Virus record (IMG/VR): IMGVR_UViG_3300031992_000039
Location: 47,328-111,327 of that record
DNA length: 64,000 bases
DNA from: a virus
Taxonomy: Duplodnaviria > Caudoviricetes
Reading direction: 5' to 3' (one strand)
A program made the translations under genes and the position numbers. The notes below the pieces were generated by a model. It saw nothing but the letters and a program-made list of their open reading frames with translations, did no database searches and was not told where the DNA came from. Positions 1 to 8,205 of the stretch are shown piece after piece; positions within the stretch are counted from its first letter, which is position 1, and the number at the start of each line of letters is the position of its first letter.

Positions 1-520
1 TCCATGAAAAACAGCGGTAACCGCCAATAAGTGTAACCCGCTGCTGATCCGGTCATCACCCCACACCAGTACACTGGGATGCATCTTCTAGATCTTTTCG
101 CTCTTACTCTCGCTCGTCAATTGCGATGCGGGAAGCGACGGTTGTATGCGAATGAAGTTAGTTAATTTCTAGCGGCCGCTGATATCTTCCTTTCATGCCG
201 CATTTAGACAGCAGCTACCTGTCCCCAGCTAATGGCTCGTTTCGTTACAATGACCAGGCTCCGAGCCATTTCCCACCTGTAACTTCATTCGCGTGCGGGT
301 CTGGTTTTAGCACCCCGCATGATCGGCCTCAGCAAATTCCTACCGACTTTCCTGCCTAATTAGCAGGTCTAGTTGCACTTAATAGTCTACCGGAAGTTGA
401 TCGAGTTCCCGGAGGTGGCGGACTCACCTTTGCGTGGGAGTTTGTGTCTATATAGGCACTTGGGCGGTTTACTCGAACACAAGTTACTTGCAAACTGTGT
501 TCTAAGATTGCTCCCACAAA
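1..520 (-). ncRNA. candidate large, highly structured ncRNA (GOLLD/ROOL-like class or novel), probably truncated by the window edge
   Basis: No credible ORF; visibly GC-richer than flanks; nested inverted repeats 148-160/280-292 (13 bp perfect), 231-239/262-270 (9 bp), 434-440/511-517, 475-481/496-502, 294-299/314-319, 351-355/363-367, 413-417/425-429, 12-17/38-43; begins 3 nt after the CCA of a minus-strand tRNA. Confidence 0.7.
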
Positions 521-614
521 TGGCGGAAGTGGCAGGGTTCGAACCTGCAAAGTGGTGACGTCAAACCACAGGGATTTAGAATCCCCCGCCTTTAACCTAT
601 TTGGCTACACTTCC
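521..614 (-). tRNA. tRNA with CUA anticodon (amber suppressor), type II Ser-like body
   Basis: GGAAGTG-TA-GCC AAATAGGTTAAA GGC-G-GGGGA TT CTA AA TCCCT-GTGGT TTGACGTC ACCAC TTT-GCAGG TTCGAAC CCTGC-CACTTCC-G-CCA; anticodon at 579-577; long variable arm, G73, encoded CCA. Confidence 0.9.
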
Positions 615-652
615 ATAACAGCCTTGGTCTTTGTTGGTCGAGGCGGTAAGAT

Positions 653-728
653 TGGTGCGCCCTCCGGGGCTCGAACCCGGGGCACGCGGATTAAAAGTCC
701 GCTGCTCTACCACCTGAGCTAAGGGCGC
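653..728 (-). tRNA. tRNA-Lys(UUU)
   Basis: GCGCCCT acceptor stem, GCTC/GAGC D stem, GCGGA CT TTT AA TCCGC anticodon arm, TTCGA T loop, ACCA end. Confidence 0.95.
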
Positions 729-737
729 ATATAAATC

Positions 738-926
738 TTAATACTTCGCCGTCCTATGAAGCAGCAAAATAATAAGAGGAACGAATATAAGTAAGATTTC
801 TCCACCATACAGTGACGGATCAGCCCTGTGCACCATCGCATAGGGTCTCGCGCAGAAAAACAATCCCACACCAAGTGCTGCAGCAGCAAGGTAACTACTC
901 ACCACTTTTAAAAATCTCATATTCAT
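738..926 (-). CDS. small membrane protein, hypothetical
   Basis: 62 aa with two hydrophobic segments; RBS and sigmaA-type promoter upstream. Confidence 0.6.
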   Translation of the reverse strand: MNMRFLKVVSSYLAAAALGVGLFFCARPYAMVHRADPSLYGGEILLIFVPLIILLLHRTAKY

Positions 927-949
927 TCCCCTTTCTTTTCAGTATAAAT

Positions 950-978
950 ATTATATAAAAAATTTAATGAAAATTCAA
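950..978 (-). promoter_or_regulatory. sigmaA-type promoter, likely driving the small ORF, tRNAs and ncRNA
   Basis: TTGAAT-N17-TATAAT. Confidence 0.7.
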
Positions 979-980
979 AT

Positions 981-1850
981 TTACTTCTCCGCACTAAAAA
1001 ATAAATTTATAAACAAATCTTCATTATAATAAGGTATCGTACTTATCCAGCCATAAAACTCATTAGATAATCCATCAAAAATACTATCGAATCTATTATG
1101 GTAGACAACCTTTTTCCCAAAAAGCATACGAGGTGAATCGTCGTCTATTTGGATGAAAGTAGATATCTCTAAATTTAGACGATATAAAAGGTCTTCTCTA
1201 ATTCTATCAAATTCTTGGGGTTCAACCTCTTGGTTAAAAATTCGATAGCGCGCACCATCAACTCCATGGCAAAACAAACAATTCTCTGAGTTAATCACAA
1301 AACCACAAAAATAACAACTGGTCAATTCTTTACACTTATATAAAAATCCTCCATCATCTATATCTGAAGAACTTATAATACAATTCCCCCAAGTCACATC
1401 TTTGCTGTTTACAACATTAAATGAGGTACTTATGCGCTCCGAGTCTATAATTTTTTCGCTCGCTCTTACATTAGATGAGCCATGAATGTATTTAGATTTA
1501 GTAATAAAAGAACTATTATTTATACTATTAGAATCCTCTACATTTTTCGATCTAAACACATAATTGCTTTTATTTATATCCTCTGAATAAGAAACAAAAC
1601 TACTATTTTTTACTCTACTACTATATAGTACAGACACACTTTTCTCTATTTCACAAATTTTGTTATATATCTCTTCCTCTTCTTCAGAAAGTTTAAAATA
1701 AATTTTTATAAAATAGAAGAACTCTTTATCAAACTTGGGATTATTAAATACTTCAAGAATTTCCGCGCCTTCCGGATATTCCTTTTTAAAAAGTTCAATA
1801 TCAGGCTTATTTGCCGCAAATTTTTCTAAATTCTCAACTGTTATTCTCAT
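981..1850 (-). CDS. hypothetical protein with Ser/Cys 6-residue periodic (beta-solenoid-like) repeats
   Basis: 289 aa; repeated S-x-x-[VI]-x-x pattern then C-x-x-C repeats. Confidence 0.65.
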   Translation of the reverse strand: MRITVENLEKFAANKPDIELFKKEYPEGAEILEVFNNPKFDKEFFYFIKIYFKLSEEEEEIYNKICEIEKSVSVLYSSRVKNSSFVSYSEDINKSNYVFRSKNVEDSNSINNSSFITKSKYIHGSSNVRASEKIIDSERISTSFNVVNSKDVTWGNCIISSSDIDDGGFLYKCKELTSCYFCGFVINSENCLFCHGVDGARYRIFNQEVEPQEFDRIREDLLYRLNLEISTFIQIDDDSPRMLFGKKVVYHNRFDSIFDGLSNEFYGWISTIPYYNEDLFINLFFSAEK

Positions 1851-2211
1851 TTACCTTAAAAGGAATTCTATTAACTCCTCCTTCACTATCCTCAATGTAT
1901 TCAAATGGAAAATCTCGTTCATTCATTATGAATTCCATTCGCTTATTTAAAAGTCTAATAAAAGCCTCTGTATTCTGATTTTTTTCATAATAGGCCACTA
2001 CATATTTATGATTTTTCCCAATTAACTCCGCGCCAAGACGATCCCGCGCATACCGCAAATAACTTGTATAAGAAAGATTTAAAATTCTTGCGGGGAGAAC
2101 GGTATAAGAACCCTTTGTTCCCTTAGGAAAAAGTTCTTTTGGAGGATTAAAGCGAATTAAATACTTACTCTTATAGAGAGGGCTCTCATCAAAATAAAAA
2201 TACTTCTCCAC
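1834..2211 (-). CDS. hypothetical protein
   Basis: 125 aa, overlaps next gene, RBS present. Confidence 0.65.
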   Translation of the reverse strand: MEKYFYFDESPLYKSKYLIRFNPPKELFPKGTKGSYTVLPARILNLSYTSYLRYARDRLGAELIGKNHKYVVAYYEKNQNTEAFIRLLNKRMEFIMNERDFPFEYIEDSEGGVNRIPFKVNENNS

Positions 2212-2212
2212 T

Positions 2213-2500
2213 TTAAACCTCCAATTCGTCCCAAAGAGTTTCTATTTCTTCCATTTCTTTACTCGAAAGCTCGCATAGCCCACCCCAATCATCCATCCTA
2301 AAAATAGAGCTATCGAATTCAGGGAGGGGCTCATCAAAACGGATTATATTCTTTTCTTCAACAACCTTATAATCGGGAATTACATACTTCTTTACGGTAG
2401 AAGGACTGAATCCAGTAGCTCTGGCTACCGCGGCGTATGTCTTAAGTTCACAGTATAAACGATTTATTTCTTTTATATCCGCATTAGTAATTACTCGCAT
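2213..2500 (-). CDS. HTH-like DNA-binding protein
   Basis: TYAAVARATGFSPSTVKKYV helix-turn-helix pattern. Confidence 0.6.
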   Translation of the reverse strand: MRVITNADIKEINRLYCELKTYAAVARATGFSPSTVKKYVIPDYKVVEEKNIIRFDEPLPEFDSSIFRMDDWGGLCELSSKEMEEIETLWDELEV

Positions 2501-2528
2501 TTATCTCATCCCCTTCATTTCTATATAT

Positions 2529-2557
2529 AGTATAGCAAAACTGAGTAGAAAATTCAA
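2529..2557 (-). promoter_or_regulatory. sigmaA-type promoter
   Basis: TTGAAT-N17-TATACT with TG extension. Confidence 0.65.
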
Positions 2558-2579
2558 ATTTTGGAAATCTTTTCCTAAT

Positions 2580-2605
2580 AAAAAACGGGCGCGTGCGTGC
2601 GCCCG
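2580..2605 (-). terminator. intrinsic terminator downstream of the lysis operon
   Basis: CGGGCGC ACGCAC GCGCCCG hairpin followed by a T run on the minus strand. Confidence 0.6.
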
Positions 2606-2741
2606 AGTATATAAGAAATTTTTTTAAAAGTCAAATTTTAGGAGAATTTGTTATATAGGGAGTGAGATACGGCATTATACAGTCTCCTTTTAATTCTCCT
2701 TATCAGTGATAACAACATTGTATGTTTATTCGGTTAAGCGA

Positions 2742-3215
2742 TTAACCTTTCGGTGTAATCGCTACATTGAACGTGCGGTTCAGAATTGGAACGGCATCTA
2801 CAATTCTAAACTCATACTTTTTATTATCAAACGGAATCTGGGTTTCGTTGATAAACACATTAAATAGATTATCATTAGGCCACTCTATATAAAGTGAGAA
2901 CATATATTCTATTCCGCTAGGAGTTTGTGCCTTACTTTGAAATCCATAATATGTATATTCACGATCTGGTCTTAACGCAGGATTATCAACACTAATCGGT
3001 ACACCATCTTTCATTGCTACAAATGCAGTATCTCCACTGCTTATAGGTATCAATTCACCCTCGGTGTCAAAATTGCCAACTGTGATATTGATCACATTAG
3101 ATTCAAGACCACCGGACGGCTTCGTATCCATCCCATCAAGCAAACTTTTTAAAACCGCAGGATTTGTATTCTCAGGGCTCTTCATTACATATTCAATAAC
3201 TTTATCTACGCTCAA
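2742..3215 (-). CDS. hypothetical protein with N-terminal YVMxTPxNTNPAVL-type motif
   Basis: VIEYVMKSPENTNPAVLKSLLD N-terminus; coupled to the endolysin (TTGA overlap). Confidence 0.7.
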   Translation of the reverse strand: MSVDKVIEYVMKSPENTNPAVLKSLLDGMDTKPSGGLESNVINITVGNFDTEGELIPISSGDTAFVAMKDGVPISVDNPALRPDREYTYYGFQSKAQTPSGIEYMFSLYIEWPNDNLFNVFINETQIPFDNKKYEFRIVDAVPILNRTFNVAITPKG

Positions 3216-4147
3216 AGTCCAATGACCTCCTTTAAATATTTCATACTACTATATCCATTTCCATCGGCAAGTACAGCCCAACCATTTACAATCGCGCCAA
3301 CCTCTACAATAGTACCTTTCTTAATCTTTCCACAAATATCATATTTAGTAGAAACGCCATTCCTTATATTTAAATTTCCCGTCGCTACATAACTCTTAGG
3401 CTTCAGCGCGACAAAATGGAAATATTTATTTTTTACATTAGAGGTATAAGCGTACCCATCTATAGTTATAATTTTATACCAACCGTCAGGATAAATTTCT
3501 AAAACCTTAACTTGCTCACCCTTCTTAATTTCTCCTACGACTTGGCTATTTAAATTGGCTTCTGAACGAATCCTCATCTTTTGTTTGGCATATGCCGTAC
3601 CAATTACCTTTCGTTCCTCAGCTGTAATCTCTCCATCATTCAGTACAATTGCTGTATGGCCAGTTGTACAAGTAACTAAAATATCACCTTTCATAAGATA
3701 TTTAGATGTATCAGTAATTGCTTTATCAGTTATAATATCGAACTCACCCGTTGCACGTAATATGCTAGCCTCATTTCCAGTATAAAAATCACCTACAAAA
3801 ATTCCCGCATAGGCGCAACAGAGCCTTACAAGCGCGGAACAGTCTACTTCGACTGGCTCTGTAATAGAACCGGGATCATAGTTTCCACCATTCTTTTTCT
3901 TACACCAATTATATGCAGTGTATCTCTGGTCTTTATCATACCCGATATTATCATTTTCGCAGGCCCGGCGCATTGCATAAGCTAATTTCTCTCTAATATC
4001 TTCGCTTTTCGCGCGAATGATATTCCATCCCTTCTTATTAGGATACCAATCTTCTATGCAGACCTCGAATCCATCTTGATCGCCTGCTTGACCGCCGCGG
4101 CCCTTTCCATTTTCATCGCGTTTCGCGGAACCAATTTTAACCTTCAT
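3212..4147 (-). CDS. endolysin: NlpC/P60-like cysteine peptidase plus two SH3b domains
   Basis: VDCSALV...GDIL...GHTAIV catalytic Cys/His; MRIRSEA...GW and LNIRNG...GW SH3b repeats; next to holin. Confidence 0.85.
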   Translation of the reverse strand: MKVKIGSAKRDENGKGRGGQAGDQDGFEVCIEDWYPNKKGWNIIRAKSEDIREKLAYAMRRACENDNIGYDKDQRYTAYNWCKKKNGGNYDPGSITEPVEVDCSALVRLCCAYAGIFVGDFYTGNEASILRATGEFDIITDKAITDTSKYLMKGDILVTCTTGHTAIVLNDGEITAEERKVIGTAYAKQKMRIRSEANLNSQVVGEIKKGEQVKVLEIYPDGWYKIITIDGYAYTSNVKNKYFHFVALKPKSYVATGNLNIRNGVSTKYDICGKIKKGTIVEVGAIVNGWAVLADGNGYSSMKYLKEVIGL

Positions 4148-4162
4148 TTATTTCACCTCAAT

Positions 4163-4555
4163 TCAAATCTTATTTTTATTTACTTCGGCTTCTATGCATT
4201 CCTCAATATATTTAGTCAAGTCGCCATAAATGCTTTCTAGATACTCGCGCGCATCATCTGATAAGATAGCTAAAATAGCTTCATAAGTACGCTTAAAAGC
4301 TTCTTTTTGAGCTTCCCCATCAAAAATATTTTCTCCTTTAAGTGCATCTACATATGTTTGATTTGTTGCAATAACACAATTACAAATCGTATCTGTTAAC
4401 AAACTTATATACTTATTTGCTAACTCATTATCTGATCGTGTCTTAATGTTTTCCACTTTCGCTCGAATAACCTTAATCAGATAAACCGTAAGTAAGCTTA
4501 AAAGAGGCACGATAAATATAGTGAAGATTTCATTTAAAATTTTTATCCAATCCAT
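4163..4555 (-). CDS. putative holin (LL-H-like)
   Basis: Single N-terminal TM helix, soluble helical C-terminus, upstream of endolysin. Confidence 0.65.
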   Translation of the reverse strand: MDWIKILNEIFTIFIVPLLSLLTVYLIKVIRAKVENIKTRSDNELANKYISLLTDTICNCVIATNQTYVDALKGENIFDGEAQKEAFKRTYEAILAILSDDAREYLESIYGDLTKYIEECIEAEVNKNKI

Positions 4556-4557
4556 TC

Positions 4558-4866
4558 TTAACCCTCTGCATCCTCTAAATTATTGGTATTCTCATATTCA
4601 AAAGGAACACCATCACTATTAATGCCATATTTATTACGACTATTCTTTAATCCCATCTGATATAATAAATAACTTAAAAGCGAGGCTATAACGGTACTTA
4701 CATTAACAACCGCCAGTGTTGGCTCAGGCATCTCCGAACTTGTTTCAATAGCAAGTCTACAGAGAGTATAATACTCTATTCCACACCAAATACCATAAAC
4801 CGCGAAAATGGCGGCAATTAAGGAACAAAATAACTTCGACCATTCAATTTTTTTCTTCTTTTTCAT
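4558..4866 (-). CDS. two-TM membrane protein of the lysis cassette
   Basis: Basic N-terminus and two hydrophobic helices. Confidence 0.6.
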   Translation of the reverse strand: MKKKKKIEWSKLFCSLIAAIFAVYGIWCGIEYYTLCRLAIETSSEMPEPTLAVVNVSTVIASLLSYLLYQMGLKNSRNKYGINSDGVPFEYENTNNLEDAEG

Positions 4867-4933
4867 AGTCTACCTCCTTATACTCCTATAAATAAGTAAA
4901 ATAAATAATTTATCTCTCTATAGTTCTGAAAAC

Positions 4934-4962
4934 TTGAATTTAGAATAAAAAAGGTATATAAT
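4934..4962 (+). promoter_or_regulatory. sigmaA-type promoter
   Basis: TTGAAT-N17-TATAAT. Confidence 0.65.
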
Positions 4963-4998
4963 TAAAAAGAAAAAAGATATTTAAAAGGGGTTGATGTT

Positions 4999-5361
4999 GT
5001 GTACAAAGAAGATTTGATGGATGCGATAGTTCATGTTACCATTCAGGATCTATTTGTGTTATCAAAAGATGGAAAAATTATAAAACTTTCAAATTTTTCT
5101 TTTAAAAATAAAAGCCACTTAGCTATATTATCTATCTCGGCTCTTATGCGAAATATATTTAATTTTGATATAGAAATTGAAAGTGATTTTTTCTCTTATT
5201 GGTTTTATAATTTGAAGCATAAGTATAAAAAGTTTTGTAAGCGCGTACCAAAAGTGGGCGATGGAATAAATGTAGATTTACTTATAAATAATATAGAAAA
5301 TTTAAATAACCTTCCTTCCATTTTTTCAGAAATTTATGAAAAGTATTATAAAGGAGAATAA
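4999..5361 (+). CDS. hypothetical protein
   Basis: 120 aa ORF after promoter, abuts rnhA. Confidence 0.55.
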   Translation: MYKEDLMDAIVHVTIQDLFVLSKDGKIIKLSNFSFKNKSHLAILSISALMRNIFNFDIEIESDFFSYWFYNLKHKYKKFCKRVPKVGDGINVDLLINNIENLNNLPSIFSEIYEKYYKGE

Positions 5362-5362
5362 G

Positions 5363-5809
5363 ATGGTAATCTATACAGATGGAGCCACCTCCAATAATGG
5401 ATATGATGGCGCGCGAGGTGGCTGGGCGTATATAGTTCTTGAAGGAGATAAAATTATTAAAGAAGAGAGCGGTTATGTGCCCGAGGCTACTAATAATAAA
5501 TGCGAACTAATTGCGCTTATAAATGCATGTAAGGCAATTTATAACATTTGGGGAGAACATATAATTTATAGCGATAGCGCATATTGTATTAGATGTTGGA
5601 AGGAAAAATGGTATGAAAGATGGGAGAGAAATGGCTGGAAGACTTCTAATAAAACCCCTGTTGCAAATAAAGAGCTCTGGCGCGAATTAATCCCATTTTT
5701 TAGAAATTCTCTTTTAAAATTTGAAAAAGTAAAAGGACATTCCGGAGATAAATGGAATGAATATGTAGATAAATTGGCCGTAAAAGCTAAAGGAGTTTTA
5801 AATGGTTAA
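5363..5809 (+). CDS. rnhA: ribonuclease HI
   Basis: IYTDGA, TNNKCEL, SDSAY, VKGHSG...NEYVDKLA; start moved to ATG 5363 after AAGGAG. Confidence 0.93.
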   Translation: MVIYTDGATSNNGYDGARGGWAYIVLEGDKIIKEESGYVPEATNNKCELIALINACKAIYNIWGEHIIYSDSAYCIRCWKEKWYERWERNGWKTSNKTPVANKELWRELIPFFRNSLLKFEKVKGHSGDKWNEYVDKLAVKAKGVLNG

Positions 5810-6782
5810 TCTTATAATTCCTGTGTACAAGGCGCGGGAGACCTTGCCGCGAGCATTAGATTCTCTTGTCGCGCAAACAAAAAAAATGTTTATTGTTACA
5901 ATAGTTCAGGATTGTGATGGAGAAGATTATAAGAAATTAATAGAAGAATATAGACGACGAGGTTTAAAGATTCGTCATTTAATTACTCCAGAAAATCTTG
6001 GCCCAGGTGGCGCACGGCAGTATGGGATAGACTCTGATGATATGTGCGACTACTTTATGTTTTTAGATGCGGATGATATGTTATATCCTCGCGCGATTGA
6101 TGCCCTTTACCATGAAGCTAAATTACACAATGCTGATGTTATATCTTCTAGCTTTATGGCTGAGGATGAACACACTACTATAAATTTTCCTGTTGAAGAT
6201 ACTCCTGTTACATGGACGCATGGGAAAATTTATCGAGCGAAATATTTAAAAGATAATAATATAAGATTTTTAAAAAATCTTCGACTAAACGAGGATTCTT
6301 ATTTTAACCTTGTAGCTATAAATTGTACAAAAAATAAGTTTAAACTACGAGAGTATACTTATTTATGGAGAGAAAATAAAAATTCCTTAACTAGAAAAGA
6401 AGATAGAGTATCTTTTTTAGAAAAAAGTTGGAGCCAATATGTTTATTCTCAAGTTCAAGGATTGTTGGACATACTTAAATTAAAGGGCGATCTAACTCCC
6501 TCACTTATCGCCGCGACTTTAAATAATATTTATTCTCAGATGATGGAGGCTATATATTATAAGATTCCCATAGAAAGCGTGAAACCAGTATGCAGTCAGT
6601 TGGGAGAGAATAAAGTAATATTGGATTTAATAGATACTGAAGAGTTTTGGAGGACAATTTATAATGTTGTAAAACCTTCTTTACTAACGAATAATACCCT
6701 TATATTTTTTAAAATGCGTTTTTGCGATTGGCTTAATGAATATATATTAGGAGAAGATGGAAATGAAGTTATTTATAGTTAA
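5802..6782 (+). CDS. glycosyltransferase family 2
   Basis: IIPVY, VQD, NLGPGGAR, FLDADD (DxD), NED motifs. Confidence 0.88.
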   Translation: MVNLIIPVYKARETLPRALDSLVAQTKKMFIVTIVQDCDGEDYKKLIEEYRRRGLKIRHLITPENLGPGGARQYGIDSDDMCDYFMFLDADDMLYPRAIDALYHEAKLHNADVISSSFMAEDEHTTINFPVEDTPVTWTHGKIYRAKYLKDNNIRFLKNLRLNEDSYFNLVAINCTKNKFKLREYTYLWRENKNSLTRKEDRVSFLEKSWSQYVYSQVQGLLDILKLKGDLTPSLIAATLNNIYSQMMEAIYYKIPIESVKPVCSQLGENKVILDLIDTEEFWRTIYNVVKPSLLTNNTLIFFKMRFCDWLNEYILGEDGNEVIYS

Positions 6783-7278
6783 CGGCGCGCCGGGCGCAGG
6801 GAAAACGACCTTTGAAAATATGGTGCAAGATGTATTTTTAGAGGAATACCCTGATTCAAAATATTGCTATATTTTTTCCACGATTGATTTTATAAAAGAT
6901 ATCGCTTATAAATGTGGATGGGATGGTACAAAGACAGGTAAAAATCGAAAATTTTTATCTGATTTAAAGGATCTTTTAACTGAATGGGATGATGTTCCTT
7001 ATCAGCATATACTTACTCAAATTGAATACATACCATCATATTTAAAAGAAAAAGATATAATAGTTTTTATAGATAGTCGTGAACCACAAGAAATAGAGCG
7101 ATTTAAGCGCGAGTTAGATGCGAAGGCTCTACTTATTCGACGCGATGAAAATCAAACCGAAATCACAAATCACGCAGATAGAAATGTGGAAAATTGTAAA
7201 TATGACTATATAATTGAAAATAATGGAAGTCTTGTAGATTTATACGCGCGCGCACGAGAATTTTTAAAAGAGATATAA
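6757..7278 (+). CDS. deoxynucleoside monophosphate kinase-like P-loop protein
   Basis: GAPGAGKTT; IDSREPQE; DYIIENNGS. Confidence 0.75.
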   Translation: MEMKLFIVNGAPGAGKTTFENMVQDVFLEEYPDSKYCYIFSTIDFIKDIAYKCGWDGTKTGKNRKFLSDLKDLLTEWDDVPYQHILTQIEYIPSYLKEKDIIVFIDSREPQEIERFKRELDAKALLIRRDENQTEITNHADRNVENCKYDYIIENNGSLVDLYARAREFLKEI

Positions 7279-7284
7279 ATAAAA

Positions 7285-7316
7285 CCCAGTAGAGCGTCTT
7301 CTACTGGGCCTTTTTT
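7285..7316. terminator. bidirectional intrinsic terminator
   Basis: CCCAGTAGA...TCTACTGGG between convergent genes, flanked by A and T runs. Confidence 0.7.
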
Positions 7317-7749
7317 AATCTTCAACAAGATCTTGATAGGAAATCGTATCAATTTCCCATTTACAAATCTCTTTATATAATAAAGAAGCGTAGCTATTTC
7401 CGTTATATTTATTTGTGTAAAGTTCGTAAGTTAAATCCGCCGTTTTTCGTTGATATAAAGGAATTTTTTTATCTTTTTGATATTTATAATAAATATCTTT
7501 AAGTATATTTCTACACTGCTGTTTTGTAAATTCCTCTCCTGTTTCTACTTTTAATAATAGCCTATCAAGAATAGTTTTTATTTCTTCTATGTCTTGAGTT
7601 TGTTGGCTATTTTGTTCATAAAGGTCTTTCGTATTTTTAAGAACTATATTCTTAATAAAATTGCGTCCGCCCTTTGTGCATAAAGTGATTAAACTAATAA
7701 CGGAAAGAATACATCCTATAATAGCAGCTATATTTTTTATAACTTCCAT
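7315..7749 (-). CDS. membrane-anchored coiled-coil protein (possible holin-like)
   Basis: N-terminal TM, coiled coil, Y...GNS C-terminal motif. Confidence 0.55.
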   Translation of the reverse strand: MEVIKNIAAIIGCILSVISLITLCTKGGRNFIKNIVLKNTKDLYEQNSQQTQDIEEIKTILDRLLLKVETGEEFTKQQCRNILKDIYYKYQKDKKIPLYQRKTADLTYELYTNKYNGNSYASLLYKEICKWEIDTISYQDLVED

Positions 7750-7804
7750 AGAAAATCCTCCTTATCCGACTTCTCCCAATATAGAAGTAGATTTCTTATG
7801 GTTG

Positions 7805-8203
7805 CTATCTATCTTTTTGATGTGTTCGCCACACTTCATCATTATGAAATTTTGAAAGAGCAAGGAATTTTTTAGAAGTTATTTCTTTAAAAGAGGATAA
7901 GTTATCTATCTCCCAATATGGGATACAGTATAAAGCAATGTTGTGCGCGAGACAGTATGAAATTTTTTGACGATCGCGCTCCTTTGCTTTTAGGAAATCG
8001 GAGCGTTTTTTATAAAAAAATTTATTGAATTCGTAGTGGTGAGGCCCATTTATCTCTAGACATGTATTGCGCGAAGGGATATAAAAATCATAGCGATATA
8101 AGCCATTTTTTAAATCTCTAAAAGTTTTTTCCTGAACAAAAGATAAGTCCTCCTGACGAAGAATTTTATATATCTTCTGTTCAAAAGAACTCATTTTACT
8201 CAT
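7805..8203 (-). CDS. PD-(D/E)XK (Vsr/DUF559-like) endonuclease
   Basis: SSFEQKI...QEKTF...RYDFYIP...EINGPHHY; ends in TAG. Confidence 0.75.
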   Translation of the reverse strand: MSKMSSFEQKIYKILRQEDLSFVQEKTFRDLKNGLYRYDFYIPSRNTCLEINGPHHYEFNKFFYKKRSDFLKAKERDRQKISYCLAHNIALYCIPYWEIDNLSSFKEITSKKFLALSKFHNDEVWRTHQKDR

Positions 8204-8205
8204 AT

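Noticed and set aside
340-360. RNase P RNA, from AGGAAAGTC on the minus strand
   Set aside because: CAGG is paired in a local hairpin, and the other conserved RNase P regions were not found.
356-558. Short ORFs 356-550 (-) and 373-558 (+)
   Set aside because: They overlap the tRNA and structured RNA, and lack an RBS.
521-614. tRNA-Pyl or tRNA-Sec identity
   Set aside because: Long variable arm with canonical 7/5 stems; tRNA-Pyl has a tiny variable loop, and tRNA-Sec has a UCA anticodon and longer acceptor stem.
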